A model generated the notes under the pieces. That model was not told the DNA's origin. It did not search any database and saw nothing but the letters and a program-made list of their open reading frames with translations. From Candidatus Bostrichicola ureolyticus (GTDB lineage Bacteria > Bacteroidota > Bacteroidia > Flavobacteriales > Blattabacteriaceae), in NCBI GenBank assembly GCA_029851125.1, contig CP100319.1, forward strand, positions 75,762 through 139,761: a DNA stretch of 64,000 bases, written 5' to 3'. Of this stretch, positions 39,745 through 49,794 are shown piece by piece; position 1 is the first letter of the stretch, and each line of letters starts with the position of its first letter. The position numbers and the translations under genes are program-made.

Positions 39745-42700
39745 ATGTTTAATATTTTTAATAAGATTTTGGGATCTACAAAAACAACTGCTTTATTATT
39801 TATAATCACTGCTATATCTCTTGCAACTGCAACTTTTATTGAAGAAATATATTCAATAGAAACAGCAATGGCACTTATTTATAAATCTGTTTGGTTTGAA
39901 ATAATATTACTATTATTATGTTTAAATTTAATTAAAATCATATTTCGTCTTTTTAAAAGAAAAAAAATTCCCATATTAATATTTCATTTAGCATTCATAA
40001 TTATATTAATTGGAGGAGCTATATCAAGATACAGTGGATTTGAAGGTCTAATAAATATTGGTGAAGGAGATACTGTTAAAAACGCCATTTCTGATAAAAC
40101 ATATATACAATTACAAATACATGAAAACAATGAAGTAAACTATTATAAAGTTCCATATATTTTATCACATTTTAATAAAAAATATGAAGTAAATTTTTTT
40201 TATAAAAAAAATTTATTTAATGTTAAAATACTGAATTATATTCCTTATGCTAAAGAAACTTTTATTCAAAATAACTATGGACATAAATATATAAAAATTG
40301 TTTTCTTACAAGAAGGTAAACGTATAGAGACATATATTAAAAATGGAGAATTAAAAAAATTAGGAAGTATATTGGTAAGTTTTAATAATAAATCAGTAAA
40401 AAATGCTATACAAATTTTAGATTATAAAGGCAAATTATATATAATATCACCTAATAATATCAATTATACATTGATGAATAATTCTAAAATTTTTAATTTA
40501 GAAAAAAAAAAGAAATACCCAATTAATTACCAAGCTCTATATAATATTGGAACAACTTATATAGTTATTCCTAAAGGAATTTTAAAAGGATATATGAAAT
40601 ATATATCATCAAAAGAAAAAGAATTCCCCAATGTAATTACTGCCCAAATTAATAATAATAATAAATCAAAAATAGTAACATTTATAGGAGGAAAAGGGTT
40701 TATTAATAGTGGTAAATATATAAAATTTGATAATAAAAAAATATATATAGGTTATGGTTCAATATTAATTGATCTACCTTTTAGTATAAAATTAAATAAA
40801 TTTGTTATAAATAAATATCCAGGTTCAGAATTACCTTCTTCATTTACAAGTTTTGTAACTATTATTGATAATAATCAAAGAAAAAACTTTAAAATTTCTA
40901 TGAATAATGTTCTAAATTATAAAGGGTATAGGTTTTTTCAAAATAGTTATTATCCTAATCTAAAAGGAACAATATTATCAGTAAATAATGATATATGGGG
41001 AACACGAATTTCTTATTTAGGTTATTTTTTAGTTATTATTGGTATGTTTTTAACTTTATTTTCTAAAGGAACTCATTTTTTTAAACTTAAAAAGAAGTTA
41101 AAGAATTTATCTTCAAATAAATTATTATTTATATTATTATTTATTATTAGTTTATTTACTAAAATTAATGCTAAAGAAGACTACATTATTAATGAAAAAT
41201 TTTATATTCAAAAAAAACACGCAGATAAATTTGGTAATTTACTAGTACAGGATCAACAAGGACGTATTAAACCTATTAATACTATAGCTTTAGAATGTTT
41301 AAGAAAAATTTATAAAAAAGATAAAATAAATAATTTAAACGCCAATCAATGGTTTCTTTCTATAATTCAAGAAAGTTGGATAATATTTTTTTTAAATAAA
41401 AATATTGGTTGGTCAATGATACCTTTTATTAAAGTAGAAGGATCTAAAAAATTATTAAAATTGGTAAATGCAAAAAACGGTTACACATCTTTAAATAATT
41501 TATTTATTAATAATAATAATAATATTATATATATTCTTGAAAAAGAATATGAAAATGCTTTAATAAAAAGTCCTAATAAAAGAAATGAATATGATAAAGC
41601 AGTTATAAAATTAAATGAACGTATAAATATATTATCAGGAATTTTTAAAGGTATATATATAAAAATATTTCCAATTCCTAATGATGAAAAAAATACTTGG
41701 ACTTTTGAAAATTTTTTTAAAATTACTAATTCTGAAAGTAATTTATTATTAAATAATTATTTTATAGCTTTATATAAAGCACAACAACAAAATAACTGGG
41801 AAATAGCTGATAAAGCATTAAAAGATATTCATAATTATCAAATGAAATATGGTGATAAAATAATTCCTACACAACAAAAAATTAAAGCAGAAATATTATA
41901 CAACCGTTTAAATATTTTTTATTATGTAATGTTATTATATCTATTATTAGGAATAATATTATTATTTTTATCTTTTTTTAAAGTTTTATTTCTAAATAAA
42001 AATTATTATAATAAATATATTAATATTTGTTTTTATTCATTATTTATAATATTTGTATATCATACATATGGTTTAATACTCCGATGGTATATTTCTAATC
42101 ATGCTCCTTGGAGCAATGGATATGAATCAGCTATTTTCATAAGTTGGTGTATTATATTAATAGGATTATTTTTTTACAAAGTAAATTATTCTTTTGTTCA
42201 ATCAGTTACATCATTAGCATCAACTAGCATTTTAAGCATTGCACATGGAAATTTAATGGATCCAGAAATTACTAATTTAGTTCCAGTACTTAAATCATAT
42301 TGGTTGATAATTCATGTTGCAATAATTATTTTTAGTTATGCATTCTTAATAATAGGTTCATTCATAGGATTAATTGTATTAATATTATATATTATTAATG
42401 CAATACATAATAAAAAAAATAACATAATACTTTATACAAAAAAATTAACCATAATTAATGAAATTACCCTAACTATAGGTCTTTTTCTATTAACAATAGG
42501 AACTTTTTTAGGAGGAATATGGGCTAACGAAAGTTGGGGAAGCTATTGGAATTGGGATCCTAAAGAAACTTGGGCTTTAATAAGTATATTAGTATATAGT
42601 TTTATATTACATATGCGATTAATACCTAATCTTAGAGGAAAATTTATTTTTAATATGGCTAGTTTATTGGGTATTAGTTCAATAATAATGACTTATTTAG

Positions 42701-42864
42701 GAGTTAATTATTACTTTGCTGGATTACATTCATACGGAAAAGGTGACCCTATACCAATACCTAAATGGATTTATTATACATTGATTATATTATTAATAAT
42801 AATATTTATATCATATTTCTCATATAAAAAAATATTAAAAAGAAAAATAAATTATTTAAATTAA
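39745..42864 (+). CDS. ccsA: fused cytochrome c biogenesis protein CcsB(ResB)-CcsA (system II)
   Basis: A 1039-aa polytopic protein with a ResB-like N-terminal half. The C-terminal half carries the Trp-rich WWD motif GGIWANESWGSYWNWDPKETW. Confidence 0.88.
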   Translation: MFNIFNKILGSTKTTALLFIITAISLATATFIEEIYSIETAMALIYKSVWFEIILLLLCLNLIKIIFRLFKRKKIPILIFHLAFIIILIGGAISRYSGFEGLINIGEGDTVKNAISDKTYIQLQIHENNEVNYYKVPYILSHFNKKYEVNFFYKKNLFNVKILNYIPYAKETFIQNNYGHKYIKIVFLQEGKRIETYIKNGELKKLGSILVSFNNKSVKNAIQILDYKGKLYIISPNNINYTLMNNSKIFNLEKKKKYPINYQALYNIGTTYIVIPKGILKGYMKYISSKEKEFPNVITAQINNNNKSKIVTFIGGKGFINSGKYIKFDNKKIYIGYGSILIDLPFSIKLNKFVINKYPGSELPSSFTSFVTIIDNNQRKNFKISMNNVLNYKGYRFFQNSYYPNLKGTILSVNNDIWGTRISYLGYFLVIIGMFLTLFSKGTHFFKLKKKLKNLSSNKLLFILLFIISLFTKINAKEDYIINEKFYIQKKHADKFGNLLVQDQQGRIKPINTIALECLRKIYKKDKINNLNANQWFLSIIQESWIIFFLNKNIGWSMIPFIKVEGSKKLLKLVNAKNGYTSLNNLFINNNNNIIYILEKEYENALIKSPNKRNEYDKAVIKLNERINILSGIFKGIYIKIFPIPNDEKNTWTFENFFKITNSESNLLLNNYFIALYKAQQQNNWEIADKALKDIHNYQMKYGDKIIPTQQKIKAEILYNRLNIFYYVMLLYLLLGIILLFLSFFKVLFLNKNYYNKYINICFYSLFIIFVYHTYGLILRWYISNHAPWSNGYESAIFISWCIILIGLFFYKVNYSFVQSVTSLASTSILSIAHGNLMDPEITNLVPVLKSYWLIIHVAIIIFSYAFLIIGSFIGLIVLILYIINAIHNKKNNIILYTKKLTIINEITLTIGLFLLTIGTFLGGIWANESWGSYWNWDPKETWALISILVYSFILHMRLIPNLRGKFIFNMASLLGISSIIMTYLGVNYYFAGLHSYGKGDPIPIPKWIYYTLIILLIIIFISYFSYKKILKRKINYLN

Positions 42865-44619
42865 ATAATTTAATTTTAAATTAATTTTATTTTTTAAATA
42901 AGTTAATTTCATTATTTTTTTTATTAAAAAATTATTTTCATTACCATTTTTAATTTTATGAATATATTCATTAATAATTTTTGATATAAATAATGATTTA
43001 TGACGAAGAAGTGTAGAATGTAAATATTCTATATTTAGATTATCATTAATATCATATATATTATATATTATTCTTTTAATATTATTATTCATTAATAATT
43101 TATTATAAATAAATTTATAATTATTATTTCTTAATCCCAATTGTAAATAATAAAATATTTTTTCATATAAATCATAACAAAAATGAAAATTATTATTATT
43201 AAAATAATTTATTATTAATTGTATAATCGTAGTATTTTTATAATTTTCTTCTCCATAATTAATTATTATTTTAATAATTTCTTTTTCAACTATTAATAAT
43301 GTATCTATAGTATTTGAACTATTTTTTTTATAATATTGTTTTTTAACCACACAATTATTATTTAATACATATTTTTTTATTATATTTTCATCTAAATTAA
43401 GTAATTTAGATGCTTCTTTTATATAAATTTCTTTACGAATTATATTTGGTATTTTAGCAATACTATTTATAACACTTTTAATAACTAATTCTTTATTTAT
43501 TAAAGAATTGTGGTTTTTTAACAAATTTTTAATTTTAAATTGAATAAAATTCAAAGTATTTGTTTTTATAAAACACAAAATTTTTTCTAAATTATTATTA
43601 TTGTTATTAACAAACCTATCGGGATCTTCTTCATTAGGAAATAATAATATATGAACGTTCATATCTTGTTCTAAAATTATGTCTATAGCGCGTAAAGCAG
43701 CTTTTATACCAGCATTATCACCATCATATAATAATATGATATTAGATGTAAAACGTTTTATAAAACGTATTTGATCATAAGTAATATAAGTCCCTAAAGT
43801 AGCTACTACATTTTTTAAACCAATTTGATATAAAGAAATTACATCAATATAACCTTCTACTAAATAACAACAGTCATTTTTTAAAATGAAATTTTTAGAT
43901 TGATATAATCCATATATTATATTTTTTTTTTTAAAAATTTCACTTTCAGTAGAATTAATATATTTTGGTTTAAAATTATTTTGAATTATTCTGCCACCAA
44001 AACCTAATACTCTACCTGATATACTATATATTGGAAAAATAATACGATTTCTAAAAAAATCTTTATGATTAACAGTAGTTAATCCAGATTTAATTAAATA
44101 ATTAATATTAAATCCTTTATTTAAAGCTGATTTAGTAAAATTATCATTAGCATATCCTATTTCAAATTTTTTAATTATTTCAATTTTTAATCCCCTACTA
44201 ATGATATAATTTCTAGCCAATAACCCATCTTTTTCTTTAAAAAAATTTTTTACAAAAAATTCTTTAGCATAATCTTGAATTAAATAATTACTTTCTATTT
44301 CATCATTTTTTTTATTATTATAATAATAATTATCAAAGATTTTTATATCATATTTTTTTGCTAAAAAAAATAATGCTTCAACATAACCAATATTTTCATG
44401 TTCCATAATAAAAGATATTACGTTACCTCCTTTTCCTGAACTAAAATCTTTCCATATTTGTTTTGATGGTGAAACTATCAAAGAAGGTGTACGTTCATTA
44501 GAAAAAGGACTTAATCCTCTATAATTAGAACCACTTTTTTTTAAAAAAATAAAATCGTTTATAACCTCTTCTACTCGTGCTACAGCAAATATTTGTTTTA
44601 TAACATGATTTGAAATCAT
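42856..44619 (-). CDS. dnaG: DNA primase (zinc-ligand positions all substituted)
   Basis: Has a primase N-terminus (ARVEEVINDF...GLSPFSNERTPSLIVSPSKQIWKDFSSGKGGNVISFIMEHE) and a TOPRIM core (YLVEGYIDVISL, LLYDGDNAGIKAA), 587 aa. Confidence 0.9.
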   Translation of the reverse strand: MISNHVIKQIFAVARVEEVINDFIFLKKSGSNYRGLSPFSNERTPSLIVSPSKQIWKDFSSGKGGNVISFIMEHENIGYVEALFFLAKKYDIKIFDNYYYNNKKNDEIESNYLIQDYAKEFFVKNFFKEKDGLLARNYIISRGLKIEIIKKFEIGYANDNFTKSALNKGFNINYLIKSGLTTVNHKDFFRNRIIFPIYSISGRVLGFGGRIIQNNFKPKYINSTESEIFKKKNIIYGLYQSKNFILKNDCCYLVEGYIDVISLYQIGLKNVVATLGTYITYDQIRFIKRFTSNIILLYDGDNAGIKAALRAIDIILEQDMNVHILLFPNEEDPDRFVNNNNNNLEKILCFIKTNTLNFIQFKIKNLLKNHNSLINKELVIKSVINSIAKIPNIIRKEIYIKEASKLLNLDENIIKKYVLNNNCVVKKQYYKKNSSNTIDTLLIVEKEIIKIIINYGEENYKNTTIIQLIINYFNNNNFHFCYDLYEKIFYYLQLGLRNNNYKFIYNKLLMNNNIKRIIYNIYDINDNLNIEYLHSTLLRHKSLFISKIINEYIHKIKNGNENNFLIKKIMKLTYLKNKINLKLNYLI

Positions 44620-44657
44620 AATTTATTTAAATAAATTAAATAAAAAATTTTGTTTAT

Positions 44658-45032
44658 ATGATAAATAATAAACACAAAAGAGCAACTTCATTAATACGTA
44701 AAAAAATTTCTGAATTATTTATTAATATAGAAAATAAAAATAAAATTATTATTAGTGTTACTAAAGTCACACTAACACAAGATATTAGTTCAGCACATAT
44801 ATATATTAGTATATATTCTATTTCAAATGAAAATAAAAATGTGTTATTCCAACAAATATGTAATTACTCATCTATTTTCAAAAAAATTTTATCTAAAAAA
44901 TTAAGATATCAATTTAGAAAATTTCCTAATATCTATTTTAGATTAGATGATTCATTTGAATATATAGAAAATATAGAAAAAAATTTAATTAAAAATAATT
45001 CCAATTTTGATTTTGATTTATATTTACTATAG
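44658..45032 (+). CDS. rbfA: ribosome-binding factor A
   Basis: A 124-aa ORF with KRATSLIRKKISELF...ISVTKVTLTQDISSAHIYIS, which fits the RbfA KH-like fold signature. Confidence 0.7.
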   Translation: MINNKHKRATSLIRKKISELFINIENKNKIIISVTKVTLTQDISSAHIYISIYSISNENKNVLFQQICNYSSIFKKILSKKLRYQFRKFPNIYFRLDDSFEYIENIEKNLIKNNSNFDFDLYLL

Positions 45033-46080
45033 TATTATAAATAAGTTTTACTGTTTCTTCAACATCTTTTTTATAGACCATTTCAACTGTAGTATGCATA
45101 TAACGTAATGGTATTGATATTAAAACAGAGGCCACACCACCATTAGAATAAGCAATTACATCATTATCTGTATAAGTTAGTGGAGATGAAGCTAAACGTT
45201 GATAAGATATTTTATTTTCTTTAGCTATTTTTAATACAAATTCACGTAAAAAATTATGTACTGAAGGGGCATAATTAATTATTGGACCTAATCCACATTT
45301 TATATCTCCTTCTATTTTTTTTTCAATCATAGGAATAGAAGTATCATGAGCTACGTCAGTAACTATAGCTATATTAGGTTTAATAACATTAGTTATCATT
45401 TTAGCACCTCTTAATCCAACTTCTTCTTGAACTGCATTAACTACATATAAAGCAAATGGTAATATTATATTATTATATTTTAATAATTTAATTACTTCAG
45501 CAATTATAAAACTACCAATTTTATTGTCTAAAGCACGAGAAACATAATATTTATTATTTAATATAAAACATTCATCTACATAAGATATTACACAACCTAT
45601 ATGAACACCTAAATCTTTAACTTCTTTCTTACTTGATGCGCCTATATCTATAAATAAATTATTAACCTTAGATAATTGGTCAGATTTTTCTTCAGATTTT
45701 CTGGTATGAATAGAAGGAAATCCAAAAATACCCTTTACAAAACCTTTTTTAGTATGTATATATACTCTTTTAGAGGGTGCTATTTTATGATCTGATCCTC
45801 CATTAGGAATTACATAAATAAATCCATCATCTGTAATATAATTAACATACCAAGAAATTTCATCAGCATGAGCTTCAATTAATATTTTATAATCTTTATT
45901 AGGATTAATAATTCCTACAACAGTACCATAAATATCTACATTTATCTTATCAACATAAGGATTAATATAATTTTTCCATAATTTTTGACCATTAGTTTCA
46001 TAACCACTTGGTGAAGCAGTATTTAAATATTTTTTTAAAAAAATTTCAGATTCATTATCAATTGAATAATTGAAAATCAT
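44989..46080 (-). CDS. M42-family metallopeptidase (glutamyl aminopeptidase/FrvX-like)
   Basis: A 363-aa ORF with LKKYLNTASPSGYE near the N-terminus, HADEI, RALDNKIG and QEEVGLRGA metal-binding boxes typical of M42. Confidence 0.8.
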   Translation of the reverse strand: MIFNYSIDNESEIFLKKYLNTASPSGYETNGQKLWKNYINPYVDKINVDIYGTVVGIINPNKDYKILIEAHADEISWYVNYITDDGFIYVIPNGGSDHKIAPSKRVYIHTKKGFVKGIFGFPSIHTRKSEEKSDQLSKVNNLFIDIGASSKKEVKDLGVHIGCVISYVDECFILNNKYYVSRALDNKIGSFIIAEVIKLLKYNNIILPFALYVVNAVQEEVGLRGAKMITNVIKPNIAIVTDVAHDTSIPMIEKKIEGDIKCGLGPIINYAPSVHNFLREFVLKIAKENKISYQRLASSPLTYTDNDVIAYSNGGVASVLISIPLRYMHTTVEMVYKKDVEETVKLIYNTIVNINQNQNWNYF

Positions 46081-46116
46081 AAAAAATTATATATTATATA
46101 TAATATATAATTTTTT
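46081..46116. repeat. perfect 36-bp A/T palindrome abutting the M42 peptidase start codon
   Basis: All 18 pairs of aaaaaattatatattatatataatatataatttttt (46081-46116) were checked base by base and are complementary. The symmetry stops at 46080/46117. Confidence 0.9.
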
Positions 46117-46202
46117 TATGATATTTCTTTATAGAATCAAAATAACATAAAACTTAATTTTTTTTAGCTATTTTTAATTTATAATTGTAATAAATATAAT
46201 AT

Positions 46203-47714
46203 ATGAAAATATTTTCTTCAGAAAATATTAAAAATATAGATAAATACATAATTAAAAATTTACCTATTACTCCTATTAATTTAATGGAAAAAGCTGCAAA
46301 ATCTTGTTTTAATTGGATTAATTCAAATTATAACATAAAAGAAAAAAAATTTCTAATATTAGCTGGAAAAGGTAATAATGGAGGCGATGGTTTAGCTATA
46401 GGAAGAATGCTATTAAATAATAAAGCAAAAAAAGTAAAAATATACATAGCTAATATAACACATTCTTATTCACAAGAATTTTATTTAAACTTGAATAGAC
46501 TTAAGGAAATGAACGTTATAATTAATGAATTATCTGAAGGAGATACATATTGTTTTAACAATACATACATACTTATTGATTCACTTTTTGGAATTGGTAT
46601 TAATAAACCAATAGAAGGATTTTGGGAAAATTTAATTGAATATATAAATATAAATATAGATAATATTATATCTATAGATATGCCATCTGGTCTTTTTTCA
46701 GAAAAACCAATACAAAATAATAAAGGAATTATTCAAGCTAATCATACCCTTAGTTTTTATGCACCTAAATTATCTTTCTTATTACCAGATTTATATAAAT
46801 ATGTAGGTAGATGGCATATATTAGAATTTTTACCAAAAAACTATTTAGAAGAAATTTTTAATTTGTTTAAAACTACAAATTATTACGTAGATAATTCTTT
46901 AATTAAATCAATTTACAAAAAACGTAAAAAATTTTCACATAAAGGAACTTTTGGACATGGACTTATAATAGGAGGTGATTATGGAATGATAGGATCTATT
47001 ATTCTAAGTGCAAAAGGATCTTTACGTAGTGGTATTGGAAAATTAAGTATACATACACCTTTATTCGGACATAAAATAATACAAATTGCAATTCCTGAAG
47101 CAATTATATTAAATAATAATTGGGAAAATTTTCCAAATCCTAATATTGCTAATTCAATAGCAATAGGTCCTGGATTAGGAAAAAATTCACAAAATGTTAA
47201 TCTTTTAAAAAATTATTTATTAAAAATAAAAACTCCGTTAGTTATAGATGCAGATGCAATTAACATACTGGCTGTAAATCCGGAATTAATTTCAATAGTA
47301 CCAAAAAATACTATTTTTACTCCACATCCAAAAGAATTTAATCGTTTATTAGGTTTTGGTGGTTGGAAAAATGATTATGATAAATTAGAAATGTTAAAAC
47401 ATTTTGCTAATAAAAATGGATTTTATATTATATTAAAAGGAGCTTATACTATAACAGTTACTCCTAATGGTATACTTTATTTTAATAGTACAGGAAATCC
47501 AGGTATGGCGACAGCTGGAAGCGGAGATGTTCTTACAGGAGTAATTTTAAGTTTATTATGTCAAGGATATTTACATAAAGAAGCTTGTATTTTAGGAGTA
47601 TACTTACATGGATTATCTGCAGATATTGTAGTAAAAAAAACAAGTTTTGAAGGATTAATAGCAGGAGATATAGCAGAAAATTTAGGAAAAGCTTTTAAAA
47701 AAATATATAAATAA
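46203..47714 (+). CDS. nnr: bifunctional NAD(P)H-hydrate repair enzyme (epimerase / ADP-dependent dehydratase)
   Basis: Has an N-terminal YjeF_N domain (AGKGNNGGDGLAIGR) and a C-terminal carbohydrate-kinase-like domain (GHGLIIGG, ATAGSGDVLTGVI), 503 aa. Confidence 0.88.
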   Translation: MKIFSSENIKNIDKYIIKNLPITPINLMEKAAKSCFNWINSNYNIKEKKFLILAGKGNNGGDGLAIGRMLLNNKAKKVKIYIANITHSYSQEFYLNLNRLKEMNVIINELSEGDTYCFNNTYILIDSLFGIGINKPIEGFWENLIEYININIDNIISIDMPSGLFSEKPIQNNKGIIQANHTLSFYAPKLSFLLPDLYKYVGRWHILEFLPKNYLEEIFNLFKTTNYYVDNSLIKSIYKKRKKFSHKGTFGHGLIIGGDYGMIGSIILSAKGSLRSGIGKLSIHTPLFGHKIIQIAIPEAIILNNNWENFPNPNIANSIAIGPGLGKNSQNVNLLKNYLLKIKTPLVIDADAINILAVNPELISIVPKNTIFTPHPKEFNRLLGFGGWKNDYDKLEMLKHFANKNGFYIILKGAYTITVTPNGILYFNSTGNPGMATAGSGDVLTGVILSLLCQGYLHKEACILGVYLHGLSADIVVKKTSFEGLIAGDIAENLGKAFKKIYK

Positions 47715-47715
47715 T

Positions 47716-48369
47716 TTATTTTTGTATTTTTTTTATTAAAAATCTTCTAAATCTTTTAAAGGTAGGGATTGTTGTTAATAATATAAAAATTATAATAATA
47801 ATTCCTAAATTATCTTTTAATATAGGAAATTTATTACCTAATAAATTACCAGCCATCATTAAAGAAAATGTCCATATTAATGCTCCGATAATATTATAAA
47901 TCATAAATTGCTTAAAATTTACCTTAACAATTCCTGCAATAATTGGAGCAAAAGTCCTAAATATAGGTAAAAATCTACTTAAAGTAAGAGATATTATTTT
48001 ATATTTATTATAAAATAAATCAGCAATTATAAGATATTTTTTTTTAAAAAAAAAAGAATCTTTTTTTTTATAAAGAATATTACCAGATTTATATCCTATA
48101 TAATATCCCACAATATTTCCCATAATAGCTGCTAACGCAATTAACAAAATAATTACAAAAAAAGATACATTATAAAAACTTTCAGATAATTTTTTTCCAA
48201 AAATACCAGCAGTAAAAAGTAAAGAATCACCAGGTAAAAAAAATCCAATAAATAAACCTGTTTCAGCAAAAATAATAATAAAAATAATAAGTAAAGTGGT
48301 ATTACCAAAATGGAAAAAAATCCATTCAGGATTAAATAAATATTTAAAATAATCCCAAAATTTTAACAT
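47716..48369 (-). CDS. dedA: DedA-family (VTT domain) membrane protein
   Basis: A 217-aa membrane protein with the DedA signature FFLPGDSLLFTAGIF and RFLPIFRTFAPIIAG. Confidence 0.85.
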   Translation of the reverse strand: MLKFWDYFKYLFNPEWIFFHFGNTTLLIIFIIIFAETGLFIGFFLPGDSLLFTAGIFGKKLSESFYNVSFFVIILLIALAAIMGNIVGYYIGYKSGNILYKKKDSFFFKKKYLIIADLFYNKYKIISLTLSRFLPIFRTFAPIIAGIVKVNFKQFMIYNIIGALIWTFSLMMAGNLLGNKFPILKDNLGIIIIIFILLTTIPTFKRFRRFLIKKIQK

Positions 48370-48455
48370 AAAATGATAAATTTTTTATAAAATATTTTTA
48401 TATTTTATTTTAATTAATTATTAATATATTATAATTAATAATAAAAATAAAATTT

Positions 48456-49772
48456 GTGAATGTAGCTGCTATAATAGGACGTCCTAATGTAGGAAAATCA
48501 ACATTATTTAATCGTCTTTTAAGACGTCGAAAAGCTATTGTTGACATAGTTAGTGGAGTTACTAGAGATAGACATTATGGAGAATCTTATTGGAATGGTG
48601 TAAAATTTTTTATTATTGATACAGGAGGATATACATTATATAGTAATAATATAATTGAAGAAGAAATGCGGAAACAGATATTTATTGCTATAAAAGAAGC
48701 GAATTCAATAATTTTTATGGTAGATGTAACAACAGGGCTAATAGATATTGATATTGAAATAGCAAAAATTCTTAGAAAAGAACATAAAAAAATTATTTTA
48801 GCAGTTAATAAAATTGATAGCACTAAAAATATATATGACGCTACATATTTTTATAAATTAGGATTTGATAAATATTTTTGTATTTCATCTATAAATGGTA
48901 GTGGTACAGGAGATCTTTTAGATGAATTATTAAAAACTTTTCCTAAAGGTAAAGATACTCAAAAAAACGAAAGTTTACCTAGTTTACCTAAACTAGCTAT
49001 AGTTGGTAGGCCAAATGTAGGTAAGTCTACACTTATTAATACATTACTTATGGAAAATAGAAATATTGTAACTAATATTCCAGGTACTACTAGAGATCCT
49101 ATAAATATAAATTATAATCTATTTGGATTTAAATGTATTCTTATAGATACTGCTGGAATTCGGAAAAAATCTAAATTATTTAATTCTAATATAGAATTTT
49201 ATGCAGTAATACGAACTATAAAATCTATTGAAGATGCAGATGTTTGTTTATTGATGATTGATGCTACAAGAGGATGGGAATCTACAGATACTAATATATT
49301 TAATATTATTAAAAATAATAATAAAGGAATATTAATAATAATTAATAAGTGGGATTTAGTTGAAAAAAAAACTGATACAAATAATTTATTTAAAAATATA
49401 ATTAAAAATAAAATTAGCAATTTCAAAGATGTTCCAATTTTTTTTATTTCTTCAATAAATAAAAAAGGTATACTTCCAATGATGGAAGCAGCTATGCAAT
49501 TAGCTGAAAATAGAAAATTAAAAATAAAAACTAGTGTTTTAAACAAAACTTTATTACCTATTCTACAAAATACACCACCACCTTCTGTTAAAGGAAAATT
49601 TATTAAAATTAAATATTGTACTCAATTGCCAACATATACTCCACAATTTGTGTTTTTTACTAATTTTCCTAATTATATTAAATATTCTTATAAAAAATTT
49701 ATAGAAAATAAAATGCGTATTTTTTTTAAATTAAAAGGAATACCTATAGGAATTCATTTTCGAAAAAAATAA
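48456..49772 (+). CDS. der: ribosome biogenesis GTPase Der (EngA)
   Basis: Two tandem G domains (IIGRPNVGKSTLFNRL and IVGRPNVGKSTLINTL) plus a KH-like C-terminus. A GTG start is forced because there is no in-frame ATG upstream of the first P-loop. Confidence 0.93.
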   Translation: MNVAAIIGRPNVGKSTLFNRLLRRRKAIVDIVSGVTRDRHYGESYWNGVKFFIIDTGGYTLYSNNIIEEEMRKQIFIAIKEANSIIFMVDVTTGLIDIDIEIAKILRKEHKKIILAVNKIDSTKNIYDATYFYKLGFDKYFCISSINGSGTGDLLDELLKTFPKGKDTQKNESLPSLPKLAIVGRPNVGKSTLINTLLMENRNIVTNIPGTTRDPININYNLFGFKCILIDTAGIRKKSKLFNSNIEFYAVIRTIKSIEDADVCLLMIDATRGWESTDTNIFNIIKNNNKGILIIINKWDLVEKKTDTNNLFKNIIKNKISNFKDVPIFFISSINKKGILPMMEAAMQLAENRKLKIKTSVLNKTLLPILQNTPPPSVKGKFIKIKYCTQLPTYTPQFVFFTNFPNYIKYSYKKFIENKMRIFFKLKGIPIGIHFRKK

Positions 49773-49794
49773 ATATGATAAAATGATTACATAG

